A stretch of DNA of 64,000 bases from Gammaproteobacteria bacterium (GCA_029263725.1 JAJUFS010000001.1:19439-83438); one strand, 5' to 3'; positions 10,279 through 22,907 are shown, counted from the stretch's first letter. Notes: a model not told the origin generated them from the sequence alone. Translations and numbers: made by a program.

Positions 10279-11898
10279 TCACCACTGCACTGGACGGGTC
10301 GCGCCGGAGAAGTTTGGCGGCACCAGCACGGTGTCCCGCGGCGGGCGCGAGTCGTCGCGCTCGGGGTAGTCCAGCGTGTAGTGCAGGCCGCGGGATTCGC
10401 GCCGCGATTGCGCCGAACGCACGATCAGCTCGGCGACGGTCACCAGGTTGCGCAGCTCGACGAGATCCGCGGTGACGCGGAAGTTGCTGTAGTACTCGGT
10501 GATCTCGGCCTTCAGCAGTTCGACGCGCTTCAGCGCTCGCGCCAGTCGCTTGTTGGTGCGCACGATGCCGACATAGTCCCACATGAAGCGCCGCAGCTCG
10601 CCCCAGTTGTGCGTGACCACGACTTCCTCGTCGGAATCTGTCACCCGGCTTTCGTCCCAGTGCCGTAGCGCTTCCAGTTGCATGCCGCCGATGCGCGCGG
10701 CGATGTCCTCGGCCGCGCCTTCCGCCAGCACCAGGCACTCGAGCAGCGAGTTCGAGGCCATGCGGTTGGCGCCATGCAGTCCGGTGTGCGCGACCTCGCC
10801 GATGGCGTACAGGCCGGGGACGTCGGTGCGCCCGGCGAGATCCACCATGACGCCGCCGCAGGTGTAGTGTGCCGCCGGCACCACCGGCACCGGTTCGCGG
10901 GTGAGGTCGTAGCCATACTCCAGGCAGCTCGCGTACACGTTCGGGAAATGCTCGCGGACGAAGTCCGCGGGCTTGTGGGTGATGTCCAGCAGCACGTGGT
11001 CTATGCCGAGGCGCTTCATCTCGTGGTCGATGGCGCGCGCCACGATGTCGCGCGGCGCGAGTTCCGCGCGTGCATCGAAGTCGGGCATGAAGCGCCTGCC
11101 GTCGGGCAGCCGCAGCAGCGCGCCTTCGCCGCGCAACGCCTCGGTGAGCAGCAGCGTCTTGGCCTGCGGGTGGAACAGGCAGGTCGGATGGAACTGCATG
11201 AATTCCATGTTGGCGATGCGGCAGCCGGCTCGCCACGCCATGGCGATGCCATCGCCGGTGGCGCCATCGGGATTCGATGTGTACAGGTAGGCGCGGCTGG
11301 CGCCGCCGGTGGCAAGCACGACGATGCGCGCACTGACCGCATGCACTTCCTGGCTGGCGACATTCAGCAGGTAGGCGCCGAGCACGCGGTCATCGCGACG
11401 GCCGAGACGGCGCGCGGTGACGAGGTCGATGGCGATGTGCGAGGTCAGGATTTCGATGTTGGGCGCGCGGCGGATGGCGTCTTCCAGGGTGTTCTGGATC
11501 TCGCGGCCGGTGGCATCGGCGGCGTGGATCACGCGCCGGTGGCTGTGGCCGCCCTCGCGGGTGAGGTGGAAACCGCCGTCCTCGGCGCTGCGCGTGAACT
11601 TCACGCCGCGCTCCACCAGCCAGCGCACCGCTTCCGGCCCGCGGCTGACGATGTGCCGGACGACGTTCTCGTTGCACAGTCCCGCCCCCGCGTTCAGCGT
11701 GTCGGCGACATGCATGTCTATGGAATCCTCGTCATCCAGCACCGCGGAGATGCCGCCCTGGGCGCGATGCGTGCTGCCGTCGTTGAGTTCTCCCTTGGAG
11801 ACGATGGCAATGCGCAGCGTGGAGGGCAGGCGCAGGGCAAGGGTAAGCCCGGCCGCGCCGGAACCGAGGATGAGCACGTCGAATGCTAGCTGTTGCAT
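10279..11898 (-). CDS. nadB: L-aspartate oxidase
   Basis: [19 protein letters not shown] fold, [16 protein letters not shown], divergent from rpoE as in E. coli. ATG at 11898 preferred over the 11937 extension. Confidence 0.93.
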   Translation of the reverse strand: MQQLAFDVLILGSGAAGLTLALRLPSTLRIAIVSKGELNDGSTHRAQGGISAVLDDEDSIDMHVADTLNAGAGLCNENVVRHIVSRGPEAVRWLVERGVKFTRSAEDGGFHLTREGGHSHRRVIHAADATGREIQNTLEDAIRRAPNIEILTSHIAIDLVTARRLGRRDDRVLGAYLLNVASQEVHAVSARIVVLATGGASRAYLYTSNPDGATGDGIAMAWRAGCRIANMEFMQFHPTCLFHPQAKTLLLTEALRGEGALLRLPDGRRFMPDFDARAELAPRDIVARAIDHEMKRLGIDHVLLDITHKPADFVREHFPNVYASCLEYGYDLTREPVPVVPAAHYTCGGVMVDLAGRTDVPGLYAIGEVAHTGLHGANRMASNSLLECLVLAEGAAEDIAARIGGMQLEALRHWDESRVTDSDEEVVVTHNWGELRRFMWDYVGIVRTNKRLARALKRVELLKAEITEYYSNFRVTADLVELRNLVTVAELIVRSAQSRRESRGLHYTLDYPERDDSRPPRDTVLVPPNFSGATRPVQW

Positions 11899-12029
11899 GG
11901 CAACACCAGGGGGAGCTGATACAATGCCGCCCTTCATTCGACATGAAATCGCGTTCAGGGAAGCGGCGCGAGGACGGGCCGGAAAACCAGAAAACGGCCT
12001 CGGGCGGGCGAAAAATATACCTTGCCGAT

Positions 12030-12069
12030 GAAACTTTGTCCTGAACCTTTTTCAATCCAGCCGGTCTAC
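12030..12069 (+). promoter_or_regulatory. candidate sigma-E type promoter(s) upstream of rpoE
   Basis: GAAACTT-N15-TCAAT (12030-12056) and an overlapping GAACCTT-N15-TCTAC (12043-12069). Both resemble the GGAACTT...TCnaA consensus of autoregulated rpoE/algU promoters. Confidence 0.3.
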
Positions 12070-12095
12070 CACCACGTTGACAAGCGCAGCGGGCA

Positions 12096-12674
12096 ATGAG
12101 CCGTAATACCGACCAATTGCTCGTGGAGCGCGTGCAGCGTGGCGACAAGGCGGCCTTCGATCTGCTGGTGCAGAAGTACCAGCACAAGATCGTCAAGCTG
12201 GTTTCCCGCTACGTGTACGAACCTTCGGAAGCCCTGGACATTGCGCAGGAGAGCTTCATCAAGGCGTATCGTGCGCTGCCCAACTTCCGCGGCGAAAGTG
12301 CGTTCTACACCTGGCTCTACCGAATCGCCATCAATACCGCCAAGAATTTCGCCGTGGCGGAGGGCCGGCGTCCGATTGACCAGCAGGTGGACTTGCAGGA
12401 CCCTGAACAATACGAGATGAATGCACGCCTCAGCAGCGTGGACACGCCGGAAAGCATGCTGCTGACCGACGAGATCCAGGCAACGGTGGAGGCGGCGATA
12501 GAAGGCCTTCCGGAGGAACTGCGCACCGCGATCGTGCTGCGCGAGCTGGAAGGCCTGAGTTACGAGGAAATTGCCGTGGCGATGGATTGTCCCGTCGGCA
12601 CGGTGCGCTCCCGGATCTTCCGGGCCAGAGAAGCGATCGGCAACCGGCTGCGGCCGCTGCTCGACCAGGACTGA
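12096..12674 (+). CDS. rpoE: RNA polymerase sigma factor RpoE/AlgU (ECF sigma-24)
   Basis: LVERVQRGDKAAFDLLVQKYQHKI..., YEEIAVAMDCPVGTVRSRIFRAREAI region 4.2. Confidence 0.95.
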   Translation: MSRNTDQLLVERVQRGDKAAFDLLVQKYQHKIVKLVSRYVYEPSEALDIAQESFIKAYRALPNFRGESAFYTWLYRIAINTAKNFAVAEGRRPIDQQVDLQDPEQYEMNARLSSVDTPESMLLTDEIQATVEAAIEGLPEELRTAIVLRELEGLSYEEIAVAMDCPVGTVRSRIFRAREAIGNRLRPLLDQD

Positions 12675-12678
12675 AGGC

Positions 12679-13272
12679 ATGAACGACAAGCTGCTGGAAC
12701 AGGTCTCATTGCTGCTCGACGACGAGCTTCCGCCGGAGCAGGCCGAACTGCTGCTGGAGCGGATGCGGCGCGAGCCCGAGCTGCGGGACCGCTTCGCGCA
12801 GTACGCCTTGCTGGGCGAGGCCCTGCGCGGCCGCACGCTGAAGGTAGACCTGGCCGCGCGCGTCAGCGCCGCGCTCGACAACGAGCCCGCGCACGCGGTG
12901 CCGAGGCTGGCGCGCGTCGATCGCTGGCTGTCGCAGCTGCGCCCCGTCGCGGGACTGGCGGTGGCGGCCTCGGTGGCCATGTTCGCCGTGCTGGCGCTGC
13001 AGCCGGAACCGACCCAGCCCCCGGCGGAAGTCGTGCCGCCGCTCACCCCGGGTTCGCAGGCCGTGCTGCGCGCCCAGCAGGCCGGGTTCAGCGGCGTGGA
13101 TTCGCCGGAGCTGCAGACGCAGCTGCGTAAGTACCTGCTCAACCACAGCGAGCATGCCGGCACGCGGCGGTTGCGCGGCGTGATGCCCTACGTGCAGATC
13201 GCGGCGCATGATTCGACCGTCACCGAACCTGCCGCCGAGCAGAGCGAGCGGAGCCAGAAGGATGAGGAGTAA
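12679..13272 (+). CDS. rseA: anti-sigma-E factor RseA/MucA
   Basis: N-terminal LLLDDELPPEQAELLLERM...RFAQYALLGEALRG, central TM segment, located immediately after rpoE. Confidence 0.85.
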   Translation: MNDKLLEQVSLLLDDELPPEQAELLLERMRREPELRDRFAQYALLGEALRGRTLKVDLAARVSAALDNEPAHAVPRLARVDRWLSQLRPVAGLAVAASVAMFAVLALQPEPTQPPAEVVPPLTPGSQAVLRAQQAGFSGVDSPELQTQLRKYLLNHSEHAGTRRLRGVMPYVQIAAHDSTVTEPAAEQSERSQKDEE

Positions 13273-14236
13273 GTTCCTGCAGCTGGCGGGTGCGCTGCTG
13301 CTGATCGCATCTCCATCGGCGATGGCCCTGGGCGAGGCGCCGGACGCCTGGCTCAAGGAAATGGAAAAGGCCCTCGAGAACACCAGCTTCCGCGGCACCT
13401 TCGTCTACATCCATGACGACAAGGCCGAGACCATGCTGGTCTACCACCGCGCCGGCAAGCCGGGCGAAAGCGGGCCGCGCGAGCGGCTGGTGTCGCTGAA
13501 CGGCAGTGCGCGCGAAGTGCTGCGCGACGACGACGAGATCAAGTGCGTGCTGCCGGACGACAAGATGGTGCTGGTGGAGAAGCGCCACGCCCCGGATACG
13601 CTCGCGCGCGGCCTGCCCCTGAACGCTTCCCGTTACGCCGACTACTACGAGTTCGAGCTGCTCGGTGAAGGCCGCATCGCCGGCCATGGCGCGCGCATGC
13701 TGGCGATCAAGCCCCGCGATGGCTTTCGCTACGGCTACCGCCTGTGGCTGGAGGAAAAGACCGCGCTGCCGCTGCGCTCGGAGCTCGTGAACGAGGCAGG
13801 CTTCCCGGTCGAGAAGATGATGTTCACCGAGATCGAGATCGGCGGGCCCATCGATGACGCCATGCTGGAGCTTTCCGGCATCGGCGAGGACTACACCTGG
13901 CACGTGCGCGGCGGCGAGCAGGATGCCGATGTCCGCGAGTCCGTGCCGCTCGCCTTCGAATCGCTGCCGCCAGGCTACGCCGTGACGCGCAGCGAGGTGC
14001 ATCTCGAATCCGAACGTCCTTCGTGGCACGTGGTGCTTTCCGATGGCCTGGCCTCGGTGTCGGTATTCGCCGAACCGCTGGAAGAGGGCAAGCCGGCGCT
14101 GGCCGGGCTGTCGCGCCTCGGCGCGGTGAACGCCTTCGGCCTGCGCCTCGCGCAGCATCACGTCACCGTGGTCGGCGAAGTGCCGCAGGCCACCGTCGCC
14201 GCCATCGGCGAGGCGGTGCGCTACACCGGCGAATGA
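13262..14236 (+). CDS. rseB: sigma-E regulatory protein RseB/MucB
   Basis: Signal peptide MRSKFLQLAGALLLIASPSAMA, overlap with the rseA stop, operon position, about 320 aa. Confidence 0.85.
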   Translation: MRSKFLQLAGALLLIASPSAMALGEAPDAWLKEMEKALENTSFRGTFVYIHDDKAETMLVYHRAGKPGESGPRERLVSLNGSAREVLRDDDEIKCVLPDDKMVLVEKRHAPDTLARGLPLNASRYADYYEFELLGEGRIAGHGARMLAIKPRDGFRYGYRLWLEEKTALPLRSELVNEAGFPVEKMMFTEIEIGGPIDDAMLELSGIGEDYTWHVRGGEQDADVRESVPLAFESLPPGYAVTRSEVHLESERPSWHVVLSDGLASVSVFAEPLEEGKPALAGLSRLGAVNAFGLRLAQHHVTVVGEVPQATVAAIGEAVRYTGE

Positions 14237-14718
14237 GCGCCGCCGTGCAGGAATTCATCACCGAACGCGCCCGCGTCCTGCGAGTGGAAGCGGGCATCGC
14301 CTGGGTGAGTTGCGAAAGCCAGGCAGGCTGCGCGCGTTGCGCGGCCGGGCAGGGCTGCGGCGGCGGCATCTTCTCGAAACTGCTGCGCGGCCGCCTCGAG
14401 GATCTGCCGGTGCCCACCGATCTTGCGCTCGCTCCGGGCGACTTCGTGCTCATCGGCCTTGCGCAATCCGCGGTGCAGAACGCCTCGCTGCTGCTGTACG
14501 GCCTGCCGCTCGCCGGCGTCATCCTCGGTGCGCTTGGCGGATGGCTGCTGGGTGCGAGCGATCCTGCCACCTTCCTCGGACTGGCCGCGGGCTTCGCGGC
14601 CGGCCTGCTGCTGGCGCGCCGGGGCGCGCGCCGGCTTGCCGGCAATTCCTCGCTGCAGCCGGTGTTGCTGCGCAAGCTGGCCGAAGGCGAACCTTGTTCC
14701 GCGGGGCCGTTGGCCTGA
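14233..14718 (+). CDS. rseC: SoxR-reducing system protein RseC/MucC family
   Basis: ATGA overlap with the rseB stop. N-terminal Cys-rich segment (CESQAGCARCAAGQGCGGG) followed by two TM helices. Confidence 0.8.
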   Translation: MSAAVQEFITERARVLRVEAGIAWVSCESQAGCARCAAGQGCGGGIFSKLLRGRLEDLPVPTDLALAPGDFVLIGLAQSAVQNASLLLYGLPLAGVILGALGGWLLGASDPATFLGLAAGFAAGLLLARRGARRLAGNSSLQPVLLRKLAEGEPCSAGPLA

Positions 14719-14754
14719 CAATACGGCGCAAATCGCCGGGGTTCGGAAGTTTCC

Positions 14755-16146
14755 ATGCGCATTCGCCTGCTTGCGGTCTTCGCCGCGCTCTTCCTCTTTT
14801 GCGCCAGTGCCGCTGCCGCGCCGCAAGGCCTGCCGGATTTCGTGGCGCTCGCACAGAAGGTCAATGCCACCGTGGTCAACATCAGCACCTCGCAGCCGCC
14901 GCAGCAGCTTGCCGGCGCGCTGCCGGGCTACCCGGAAGGCGAGGGCTACGATGACCTGCTGGAACGCTACCTGCCCGAGCAGGTGCCGCCGGAAGGCTTC
15001 TACGACTCCAGCTCCCTGGGCTCCGGCCTGATCATCTCCGCCGAAGGCGAGATCCTCACCAATTACCACGTCGTCAAGGACGCGCGGGAAATCATCGTCA
15101 AGCTCGCCGACCGGCGGCAGCTCAAGGCCGAGGTGCGCGGTGTGGACGTCGCCAGCGATCTCGCGCTGCTGCGCATCGACGCGAAGGACCTGCCGGTGGC
15201 GGTGATCGGCGATGCCGACGAACTGCAGGTGGGCGAGTGGGTGATGGCTATCGGGTCGCCGTTCGGCTTCGACTATTCGGTCACTTCCGGCATCGTCAGC
15301 GCCAAGGGCCGCAGCGTCGGCACGGAGCGCTACGTGCCGTACATCCAGACCGACGTCGCCATCAACCCGGGCAATTCCGGCGGGCCGCTGTTCAACCTCC
15401 AGGGCGAGGTCGTCGGCATCAATTCGCAGATCTACAGCCGCACCGGCGGCTTCATGGGCGTGTCCTTCGCCATTCCCATCAATCTCGCCATGGACGTGGT
15501 CCAGCAGCTGCGCGAGACCGGGCGTGTCAGCCGCGGCTGGCTGGGCGTGGACATCCAGGACGTGACGCGGGAACTCGCCGAGGGCTTCGGCATGTCCCGT
15601 CCCGAAGGCGCGCTGGTGCGCGCGGTGCTGCCGGACAGCCCGGCGGCGGCCGCGGGGATTCGCGTCGGCGACGTCATTCTCGAGTTCGGCGAGCGGGTGA
15701 TCCACGCCGCCAGCGAACTGCCGCCGCTGGTGGGCGGCGTGCGCGCCGGCCACGAGGTGAGCCTCAAGGTGATGCGCGACGGCCGCAGCACGCGCCTGCC
15801 GGTCACGCTGGGTGAAGTGCCGGTGGAGGAAACGCCGGTGCTGGCCGCCGCCGAACCGGAACAGAATGGCCTGCTGGGTCTCGATATCCGCGACCTGCGC
15901 TTCGCCGAGCGCGAGGCGCTGGCGCTGCCCGACGGCGGCGTGCTGATCGAGGACGTCCGGCCGGGCCCCGGCCTGGACGCCGGCCTGCAGGCGGGCGACA
16001 TCATTCTCAGCATCGACCGCCGGCCCGTGCGCAATGAAAAGGAGTTCCGCAGCGCAGTCGAGGACCTGCCCCAGGACCGCCACGTGGCCGTGCTGGTGCA
16101 GCGCGCCGGCAGCACCATGTTCCTGCCGTTGCGGGTGCGGCGATGA
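14755..16146 (+). CDS. degP: periplasmic serine endoprotease DegP/MucD (HtrA family, two PDZ domains)
   Basis: Signal peptide, catalytic GNSGGPL motif, TNYHVV, two PDZ-like C-terminal repeats. Confidence 0.93.
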   Translation: MRIRLLAVFAALFLFCASAAAAPQGLPDFVALAQKVNATVVNISTSQPPQQLAGALPGYPEGEGYDDLLERYLPEQVPPEGFYDSSSLGSGLIISAEGEILTNYHVVKDAREIIVKLADRRQLKAEVRGVDVASDLALLRIDAKDLPVAVIGDADELQVGEWVMAIGSPFGFDYSVTSGIVSAKGRSVGTERYVPYIQTDVAINPGNSGGPLFNLQGEVVGINSQIYSRTGGFMGVSFAIPINLAMDVVQQLRETGRVSRGWLGVDIQDVTRELAEGFGMSRPEGALVRAVLPDSPAAAAGIRVGDVILEFGERVIHAASELPPLVGGVRAGHEVSLKVMRDGRSTRLPVTLGEVPVEETPVLAAAEPEQNGLLGLDIRDLRFAEREALALPDGGVLIEDVRPGPGLDAGLQAGDIILSIDRRPVRNEKEFRSAVEDLPQDRHVAVLVQRAGSTMFLPLRVRR

Positions 16147-16385
16147 AGGCGGTGCTCTACAGCCGCCGCGATTGCCACCTGTGCGATGACATGCAGGCGG
16201 CGATCACGCCGTTGCTGGCGCAGCGCGGCCTGCAGCTTGCGGTGATCGACATCGACACGGATCCTGCGCTCGTCGAGCGCTTCGGCGTGCGCATCCCGGT
16301 GTTCACGCTGGATGACGAGATCATCTGCGAGGGCCGTCCGGACGAGGCGGCCGTCCGTGACGCGCTGGGACTCTCCGGCGCCTGA
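16143..16385 (+). CDS. glutaredoxin-like protein (DUF836 type)
   Basis: 80 aa with a CHLC (CxxC) motif near the N-terminus and IPVFTLDDE. ATGA overlap with the degP stop. Confidence 0.7.
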   Translation: MKAVLYSRRDCHLCDDMQAAITPLLAQRGLQLAVIDIDTDPALVERFGVRIPVFTLDDEIICEGRPDEAAVRDALGLSGA

Positions 16386-16424
16386 TCCCTTCGCGAAACT
16401 TCCCGACGCCCGCCGGGCGACCGG

Positions 16425-16430
16425 TATAAT
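16425..16430 (+). promoter_or_regulatory. candidate -10 hexamer for lepA
   Basis: Perfect TATAAT 33 nt upstream of the lepA ATG. No convincing -35 element. Confidence 0.3.
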
Positions 16431-16462
16431 GGGCCGCTTTGCGCTCCCCCACACTGGAACCC

Positions 16463-18256
<1,794 letters not shown>

Positions 18257-18275
18257 GGAAACGGAAGGAAACGGG

Positions 18276-19040
18276 ATGAGCGTGGACTTTGCCTTGCTGC
18301 TTTTCGTGCTGACGGTTGCCGGCGGCCTGATCTGGGCGTTCGATGCCGCGGTACTCGCGCCGAAGCGCCGCGCCGAGGGGCGCACCGACATGCCGGTCGT
18401 GGTGGAGTACGCGCGCTCGCTGTTCCCGGTCATCCTCATCATCTTCCTGCTGCGTTCCTTCGTCGCCGAGCCGTTCCGCATTCCATCGTCGTCGATGGAA
18501 CCGACGCTGGAGGAGGGCGATCTCATCCTCGTCAGCAAGTTCGCCTACGGCATCCGCCTGCCGGTGCTGAACCGCCTGGTGGTCGACCTCGGCACGCCCG
18601 AGCGCGGTGACGTGGTGGTGTTCCGCTTCCCGCAGGACCCGCGCCAGGATTACATCAAGCGCGTGGTCGGCCTGCCCGGCGACGAGATCGTGTACATCGA
18701 CAAGCGCCTGTACGTGAACGGCGAGCTGGTCCAGGAGGAGAGCCTCGGTCCCGCGCTCACCGAGGAAGGCTTCGAGGTGGTCGAGTACGGCGAGAAACTC
18801 GGCGAGGTCGAACACCGCATCTACAAGATGCCGCGCCGCCACGATCCGCGGCGCTTTGATATCGTGGTGCCCGAGGGACGCTATTTCGTCATGGGCGACA
18901 ACCGCGACAATTCCAACGACAGCCGTGGCTGGGGCTTCGTTCCGGACGAGAACCTCGTCGGCCGCGCCTTTCTCATCTGGATGAACTGGCGCGTGGGCGA
19001 GTGGCCGGAGTGGAACCGCATCGGCAACGTGATTCGATGA
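18276..19040 (+). CDS. lepB: signal peptidase I
   Basis: IPSSSMEPTL catalytic Ser box, YIKRVVGLPGD Lys box, GDNRDNSNDSR box. Confidence 0.95.
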   Translation: MSVDFALLLFVLTVAGGLIWAFDAAVLAPKRRAEGRTDMPVVVEYARSLFPVILIIFLLRSFVAEPFRIPSSSMEPTLEEGDLILVSKFAYGIRLPVLNRLVVDLGTPERGDVVVFRFPQDPRQDYIKRVVGLPGDEIVYIDKRLYVNGELVQEESLGPALTEEGFEVVEYGEKLGEVEHRIYKMPRRHDPRRFDIVVPEGRYFVMGDNRDNSNDSRGWGFVPDENLVGRAFLIWMNWRVGEWPEWNRIGNVIR

Positions 19041-19066
19041 AAGGCGCCCGCCTGGAGGGGAGACAG

Positions 19067-19435
19067 ATGCTGAACAGGAAAGAACAGAAGGGCATGACGC
19101 TGCTCGGCTACGTGATCGTGCTGGGCGTGGTGGGTTTCTTCGCGCTCATGCTGGTGAAGATCACGCCGCTTTACATCGAGTACCGCTCGGTGGTGAGCAT
19201 CATCAACGCGGTTGCGGCCGAAAGCTCCGCCAACGAGTCGCCGGCCATGCTGCGCGCATCCATCCAGAAGCGCCTGGACGTGAACGACATCGAGCGCGTC
19301 AAGGCTCGGGACTTCAGGATCACGCAGAGCCGCAGCGGCACCACGGTGGGCATCGAGTACGAGGCGCGCACCCAGTTCATCGGCAACATGTGGCTGCTCA
19401 TGGAGTTCGAGCATAGCGCCGAGCTCAAACGCTGA
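19067..19435 (+). CDS. DUF4845-like small membrane-anchored protein
   Basis: N-terminal TM (GMTLLGYVIVLGVVGFFALMLV). It sits at the conserved position between lepB and rnc. Start is uncertain (19037, 19067 or 19094). Confidence 0.6.
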   Translation: MLNRKEQKGMTLLGYVIVLGVVGFFALMLVKITPLYIEYRSVVSIINAVAAESSANESPAMLRASIQKRLDVNDIERVKARDFRITQSRSGTTVGIEYEARTQFIGNMWLLMEFEHSAELKR

Positions 19436-20112
19436 TGGATGAACTGGCTCGCCTGGAACGCCGGCTGGGATACCGGTTCCGTGAGCGCGCTTACCTCGTC
19501 CGCGCGCTGACGCATCGCAGCGCCGCGGCGGCCAACAACGAAAGGCTGGAATTTCTCGGCGACGCCGTGCTCGGCATGGTGGTCGCCGATTTTCTTTTCC
19601 GCAGCGATGTCGGCTACAGCGAAGGCGATCTCACCCGGCTGCGCGCCTCGCTGGTGAACCGCGAGACGCTGGCGGACGTCGCGCAGGCGCTGGAGATCGG
19701 CGACGTGCTGCGGCTCGGCCCCGGCGAACTGAAATCCGGCGGCTTTCGCCGCCGCTCGGTGCTGGCGAATGCGCTGGAATCGATCATCGGCGCCATCTAT
19801 CTCGACGGCGGCATCGAGGCCGCCGCGAAATTCATCCATGCCTCCTTCGGGCAGCTGTTCGCCAGCCTGCCGGATCCGAGCACGCTGAAGGATCCGAAGA
19901 CGCGCCTGCAGGAACTGCTGCAGGAGCGGGGACTCGGCCTGCCCGAGTACGAAACCTTGTCGGTCAGCGGTCCCGCCCACAGGCAGGTATTCAAGGTGGC
20001 CTGCCGCATACCGGCGCTGGAGCTCGAGGCGCGCGCCGAAGGCGCCAGCCGCCGCGGCGCCGAGCAGGCCGCCGCACAACGTCTTCTCGAGGAAATCGGT
20101 CATGGAAGCTGA
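19435..20112 (+). CDS. rnc: ribonuclease III
   Basis: NERLEFLGDAVL signature and a C-terminal dsRBD. Confidence 0.95.
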   Translation: MDELARLERRLGYRFRERAYLVRALTHRSAAAANNERLEFLGDAVLGMVVADFLFRSDVGYSEGDLTRLRASLVNRETLADVAQALEIGDVLRLGPGELKSGGFRRRSVLANALESIIGAIYLDGGIEAAAKFIHASFGQLFASLPDPSTLKDPKTRLQELLQERGLGLPEYETLSVSGPAHRQVFKVACRIPALELEARAEGASRRGAEQAAAQRLLEEIGHGS

Positions 20113-21016
20113 AGGCTTTCGCGCGGGCTTGATCGCGCTCGTCGGTCGCCCCAACGTCGGCAAGTCGACGCTGCTGAACGCGCTCGTCGGGCGCAAGGTG
20201 AGCATCGTCACGCACAAGCCGCAGACCACCCGTCACCGCATCATGGGCGTGAGGCACGAGGCCGGGCACCAGTTCGTGTTCGTCGACACGCCCGGCATCC
20301 ATCTGAACGCGAAGCGCGCGCTCAACCGCACGCTCAACAAGTCGGCGCAGGCGGTGCTCGATGACGTCGACCTCGTCGTGCTGGTGGTCGAGGCGCTGCG
20401 CTTCACCGAGGAAGACGATCACGTGTTGCGCCGGCTGCGCGGCCGCGACAACGTGGTGCTGGTGATCAACGAGGTCGACCAGGTGAAGGACAAGGATGCC
20501 TTGCTGCCTTTCATCGCCGGGATGAGCGAGCGCATGAACTTCGCCGCCGTCGTGCCGCTGTCGGCGCTGAAGACGCGCAATCTCGAGCCTCTGCTGGATG
20601 AACTGCGCGCGCGCCTGCCCGAGTCGCCGCCGCTGTTCCCCGAGGAGCAGCTCAGCGACCGCGACGAGCGTTTCATGGTCGCCGAGATCGTGCGCGAGAA
20701 GCTGATGGAGCGCCTGCACGAGGAGCTGCCGTATTCGCTCACCGTGACCATGGACCAGATGACGGTCGAGCCGCCAAAGGGCAAGGGTCCCGGGCTGGTG
20801 CGCATCGGCGCGACCATCTGGGTGGAGCGCGAAGGCCAGAAGGCCATCGTCATCGGCGAGGGCGGCTCCATGTTGCGCACCATCGGCAGGATGGCGCGCG
20901 AGGAACTGGAAACGCGCTTCGGCCGCAAGGTATTCCTCGAGCTGTGGGTGAAGCAGCGCGAGGGCTGGGCCGACGATCCGCGCCAGCTGCGGCAACTGGG
21001 CATCGATGAGCAATGA
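20102..21016 (+). CDS. era: GTPase Era
   Basis: GRPNVGKSTLLN G1 motif, DTPG, NEVD, KH domain C-terminus. Confidence 0.95.
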   Translation: MEAEGFRAGLIALVGRPNVGKSTLLNALVGRKVSIVTHKPQTTRHRIMGVRHEAGHQFVFVDTPGIHLNAKRALNRTLNKSAQAVLDDVDLVVLVVEALRFTEEDDHVLRRLRGRDNVVLVINEVDQVKDKDALLPFIAGMSERMNFAAVVPLSALKTRNLEPLLDELRARLPESPPLFPEEQLSDRDERFMVAEIVREKLMERLHEELPYSLTVTMDQMTVEPPKGKGPGLVRIGATIWVEREGQKAIVIGEGGSMLRTIGRMAREELETRFGRKVFLELWVKQREGWADDPRQLRQLGIDEQ

Positions 21017-21744
21017 TCCAGCGGCAGCGTGTCGAACTTCAGCCCGCCTGGCTGCTGCACCAGTTCGATTACCGTGATTCCAGCCGCATCGTCGAATTCC
21101 TGGTGCGTGACCACGGCCGCGTGGCGGTGGTGGCGCGCGGCGCACGTCGCGGCAGGCAGCGCGGCCTGCTGCAGCCCTTCCAGCCCCTGCTGCTTTCCTG
21201 GAGCGGCCGCGAGCTCGGCACGCTCACCGGCCTGGAACCGGCCGGCCCGCCGATACCGCTTGCGGGCGAGGCGCTGCTTGCGGGCTTCTATCTCAATGAA
21301 CTCTGCCTGCGGCTGCTCGCCGCGCACGATCCGCAGCCGGAAGTCTTCCTGCTTTACGCTGCTGCGCTTGCAAAACTTCGCGACGCGGCCGATATTGCGC
21401 CGCCTCTGCGGCACTTCGAGCTCGGCCTGCTGGAAGCCATCGGTTACGGACTCAACCTGACCGTCGATGTGGCCAGCGGCGAGACGGTCAGCGCGTCGGA
21501 GAAGTATCTCTTCCAGCCGGACAGCGGCCCGCGGCACGCGCGCAGCGGGCACGACCAGCAGCTCATCAGCGGCGCCAGCCTGCTGGCGATGGCAGCGGGC
21601 AGGCTGGAAGAGGCCCAAGTACTGCGCGACGCGCAGCGCATCCTTCGCGGCGCCATCGACCGGTTGTTGAACGGGCGTCCGTTGAAAAGCCGGGAAGTGC
21701 TCCGAGATATCTACTCTCGCAAGCGCCGCACCGGCGGCGATTGA
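21013..21744 (+). CDS. recO: DNA repair protein RecO
   Basis: Overlaps the era stop. [20 protein letters not shown]-terminal OB fold pattern, conserved rnc-era-recO order. Confidence 0.88.
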   Translation: MIQRQRVELQPAWLLHQFDYRDSSRIVEFLVRDHGRVAVVARGARRGRQRGLLQPFQPLLLSWSGRELGTLTGLEPAGPPIPLAGEALLAGFYLNELCLRLLAAHDPQPEVFLLYAAALAKLRDAADIAPPLRHFELGLLEAIGYGLNLTVDVASGETVSASEKYLFQPDSGPRHARSGHDQQLISGASLLAMAAGRLEEAQVLRDAQRILRGAIDRLLNGRPLKSREVLRDIYSRKRRTGGD

Positions 21745-21763
21745 AACGCATCAGGAGCAGCCA

Positions 21764-22495
21764 ATGGCAAACGACATCATTCTTGGCGTGAACATCGACC
21801 ATGTCGCAACCCTGCGCCAGGTGCGGCGTGCGGACTACCCGGAGGTGCTGATGGCCGCCGAGCTTGCCGAGCAGGCCGGCGCCGGAGTGATCACCGTGCA
21901 TCTGCGCGAGGATCGCCGGCACATCCAGGACAGCGACGTGCGCGAGATCCGGGAGAGCATCGGCATCCCGCTCAATCTGGAAATGGCGGTGACCGACGAG
22001 ATGCTCGCCATCGCCGCGGACGTCCGCCCGCAGCATTGCTGCCTGGTGCCGGAACGGCGCGAGGAACTGACCACGGAGGGCGGCCTGGACGTGACCGGCA
22101 ATCTCGCGCGGCTGCGTGATGCCGTCGGCCAGCTGCACAACCACGGCTGCCAGGTGTCGCTATTCGTCGACCCGGATCCGGAGCAGCTGGATGCCGCCGC
22201 CGATACCGGCGCGAAGGTCGTCGAGCTGCACACCGGCGCGTATGCGAACGCTTCCGGCGAGGCGATGATCAACGAGCTCGCGCGTCTGCGCGACGCCGCC
22301 ATCCACGCCGAGAAGCTTGGTCTTGCCGTGCATGCCGGCCACGGTCTCAACGTGCAGAACGTGGGGCCGGTGGCGAAGCTGCCGCAGATCGTCGAGATGA
22401 ACATCGGCCACTGGCTGGTGGCACGCGCGGTGTTCGTCGGCCTCGAGCACGCCATCAAGGAGATGCTCGGCGTGATGCGGGATGCGAGGAAATGA
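21764..22495 (+). CDS. pdxJ: pyridoxine 5'-phosphate synthase
   Basis: [38 protein letters not shown] motifs. Confidence 0.95.
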   Translation: MANDIILGVNIDHVATLRQVRRADYPEVLMAAELAEQAGAGVITVHLREDRRHIQDSDVREIRESIGIPLNLEMAVTDEMLAIAADVRPQHCCLVPERREELTTEGGLDVTGNLARLRDAVGQLHNHGCQVSLFVDPDPEQLDAAADTGAKVVELHTGAYANASGEAMINELARLRDAAIHAEKLGLAVHAGHGLNVQNVGPVAKLPQIVEMNIGHWLVARAVFVGLEHAIKEMLGVMRDARK

Positions 22496-22872
22496 TATTC
22501 GGCGTCGGCACCGATCTCTGCCAGATCGAAAGAATCGAGAAGGTCTACGCGAAATACGGCGATCGCTTCGTTGACCGGCTGCTCATGCCGGAGGAGCGCG
22601 CGCAGTTCGAAAGGACCCGCCGCAAGGTGCGCTTTCTCGCCATGCACTTTGCCGCCAAGGAAGCCATCGTCAAGGCCATGGGCACCGGTTTCCGCCAGGG
22701 CATCTGGATACGCGACGTCGGCTTCATCCAGGAACCCTCCGGCAAGCCGGTGCCGGTGTTCTCCGCCAACGCGCGCCGCAAGCTCGAGGAGATCGGCGCC
22801 GGCGAAGGCTTCGTTTCCCTTACGGATGAAGCCGGAATGGTCGCGGCGTTTGCCGTACTCATGAAGCGCTGA
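22492..22872 (+). CDS. acpS: holo-[acyl-carrier-protein] synthase
   Basis: [12 protein letters not shown] and [10 protein letters not shown] motifs, 126 aa, overlaps the pdxJ stop. Confidence 0.93.
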   Translation: MIFGVGTDLCQIERIEKVYAKYGDRFVDRLLMPEERAQFERTRRKVRFLAMHFAAKEAIVKAMGTGFRQGIWIRDVGFIQEPSGKPVPVFSANARRKLEEIGAGEGFVSLTDEAGMVAAFAVLMKR

Positions 22873-22884
22873 TCTACATTCCCC

Positions 22885-22907
22885 AGCCCGGCGATCTACG
22901 CCGGGCT
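22885..22907 (+). terminator. stem-loop after acpS (no U tract)
   Basis: agcccggcg-atcta-cgccgggct, a 9-bp perfect stem. Confidence 0.35.
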
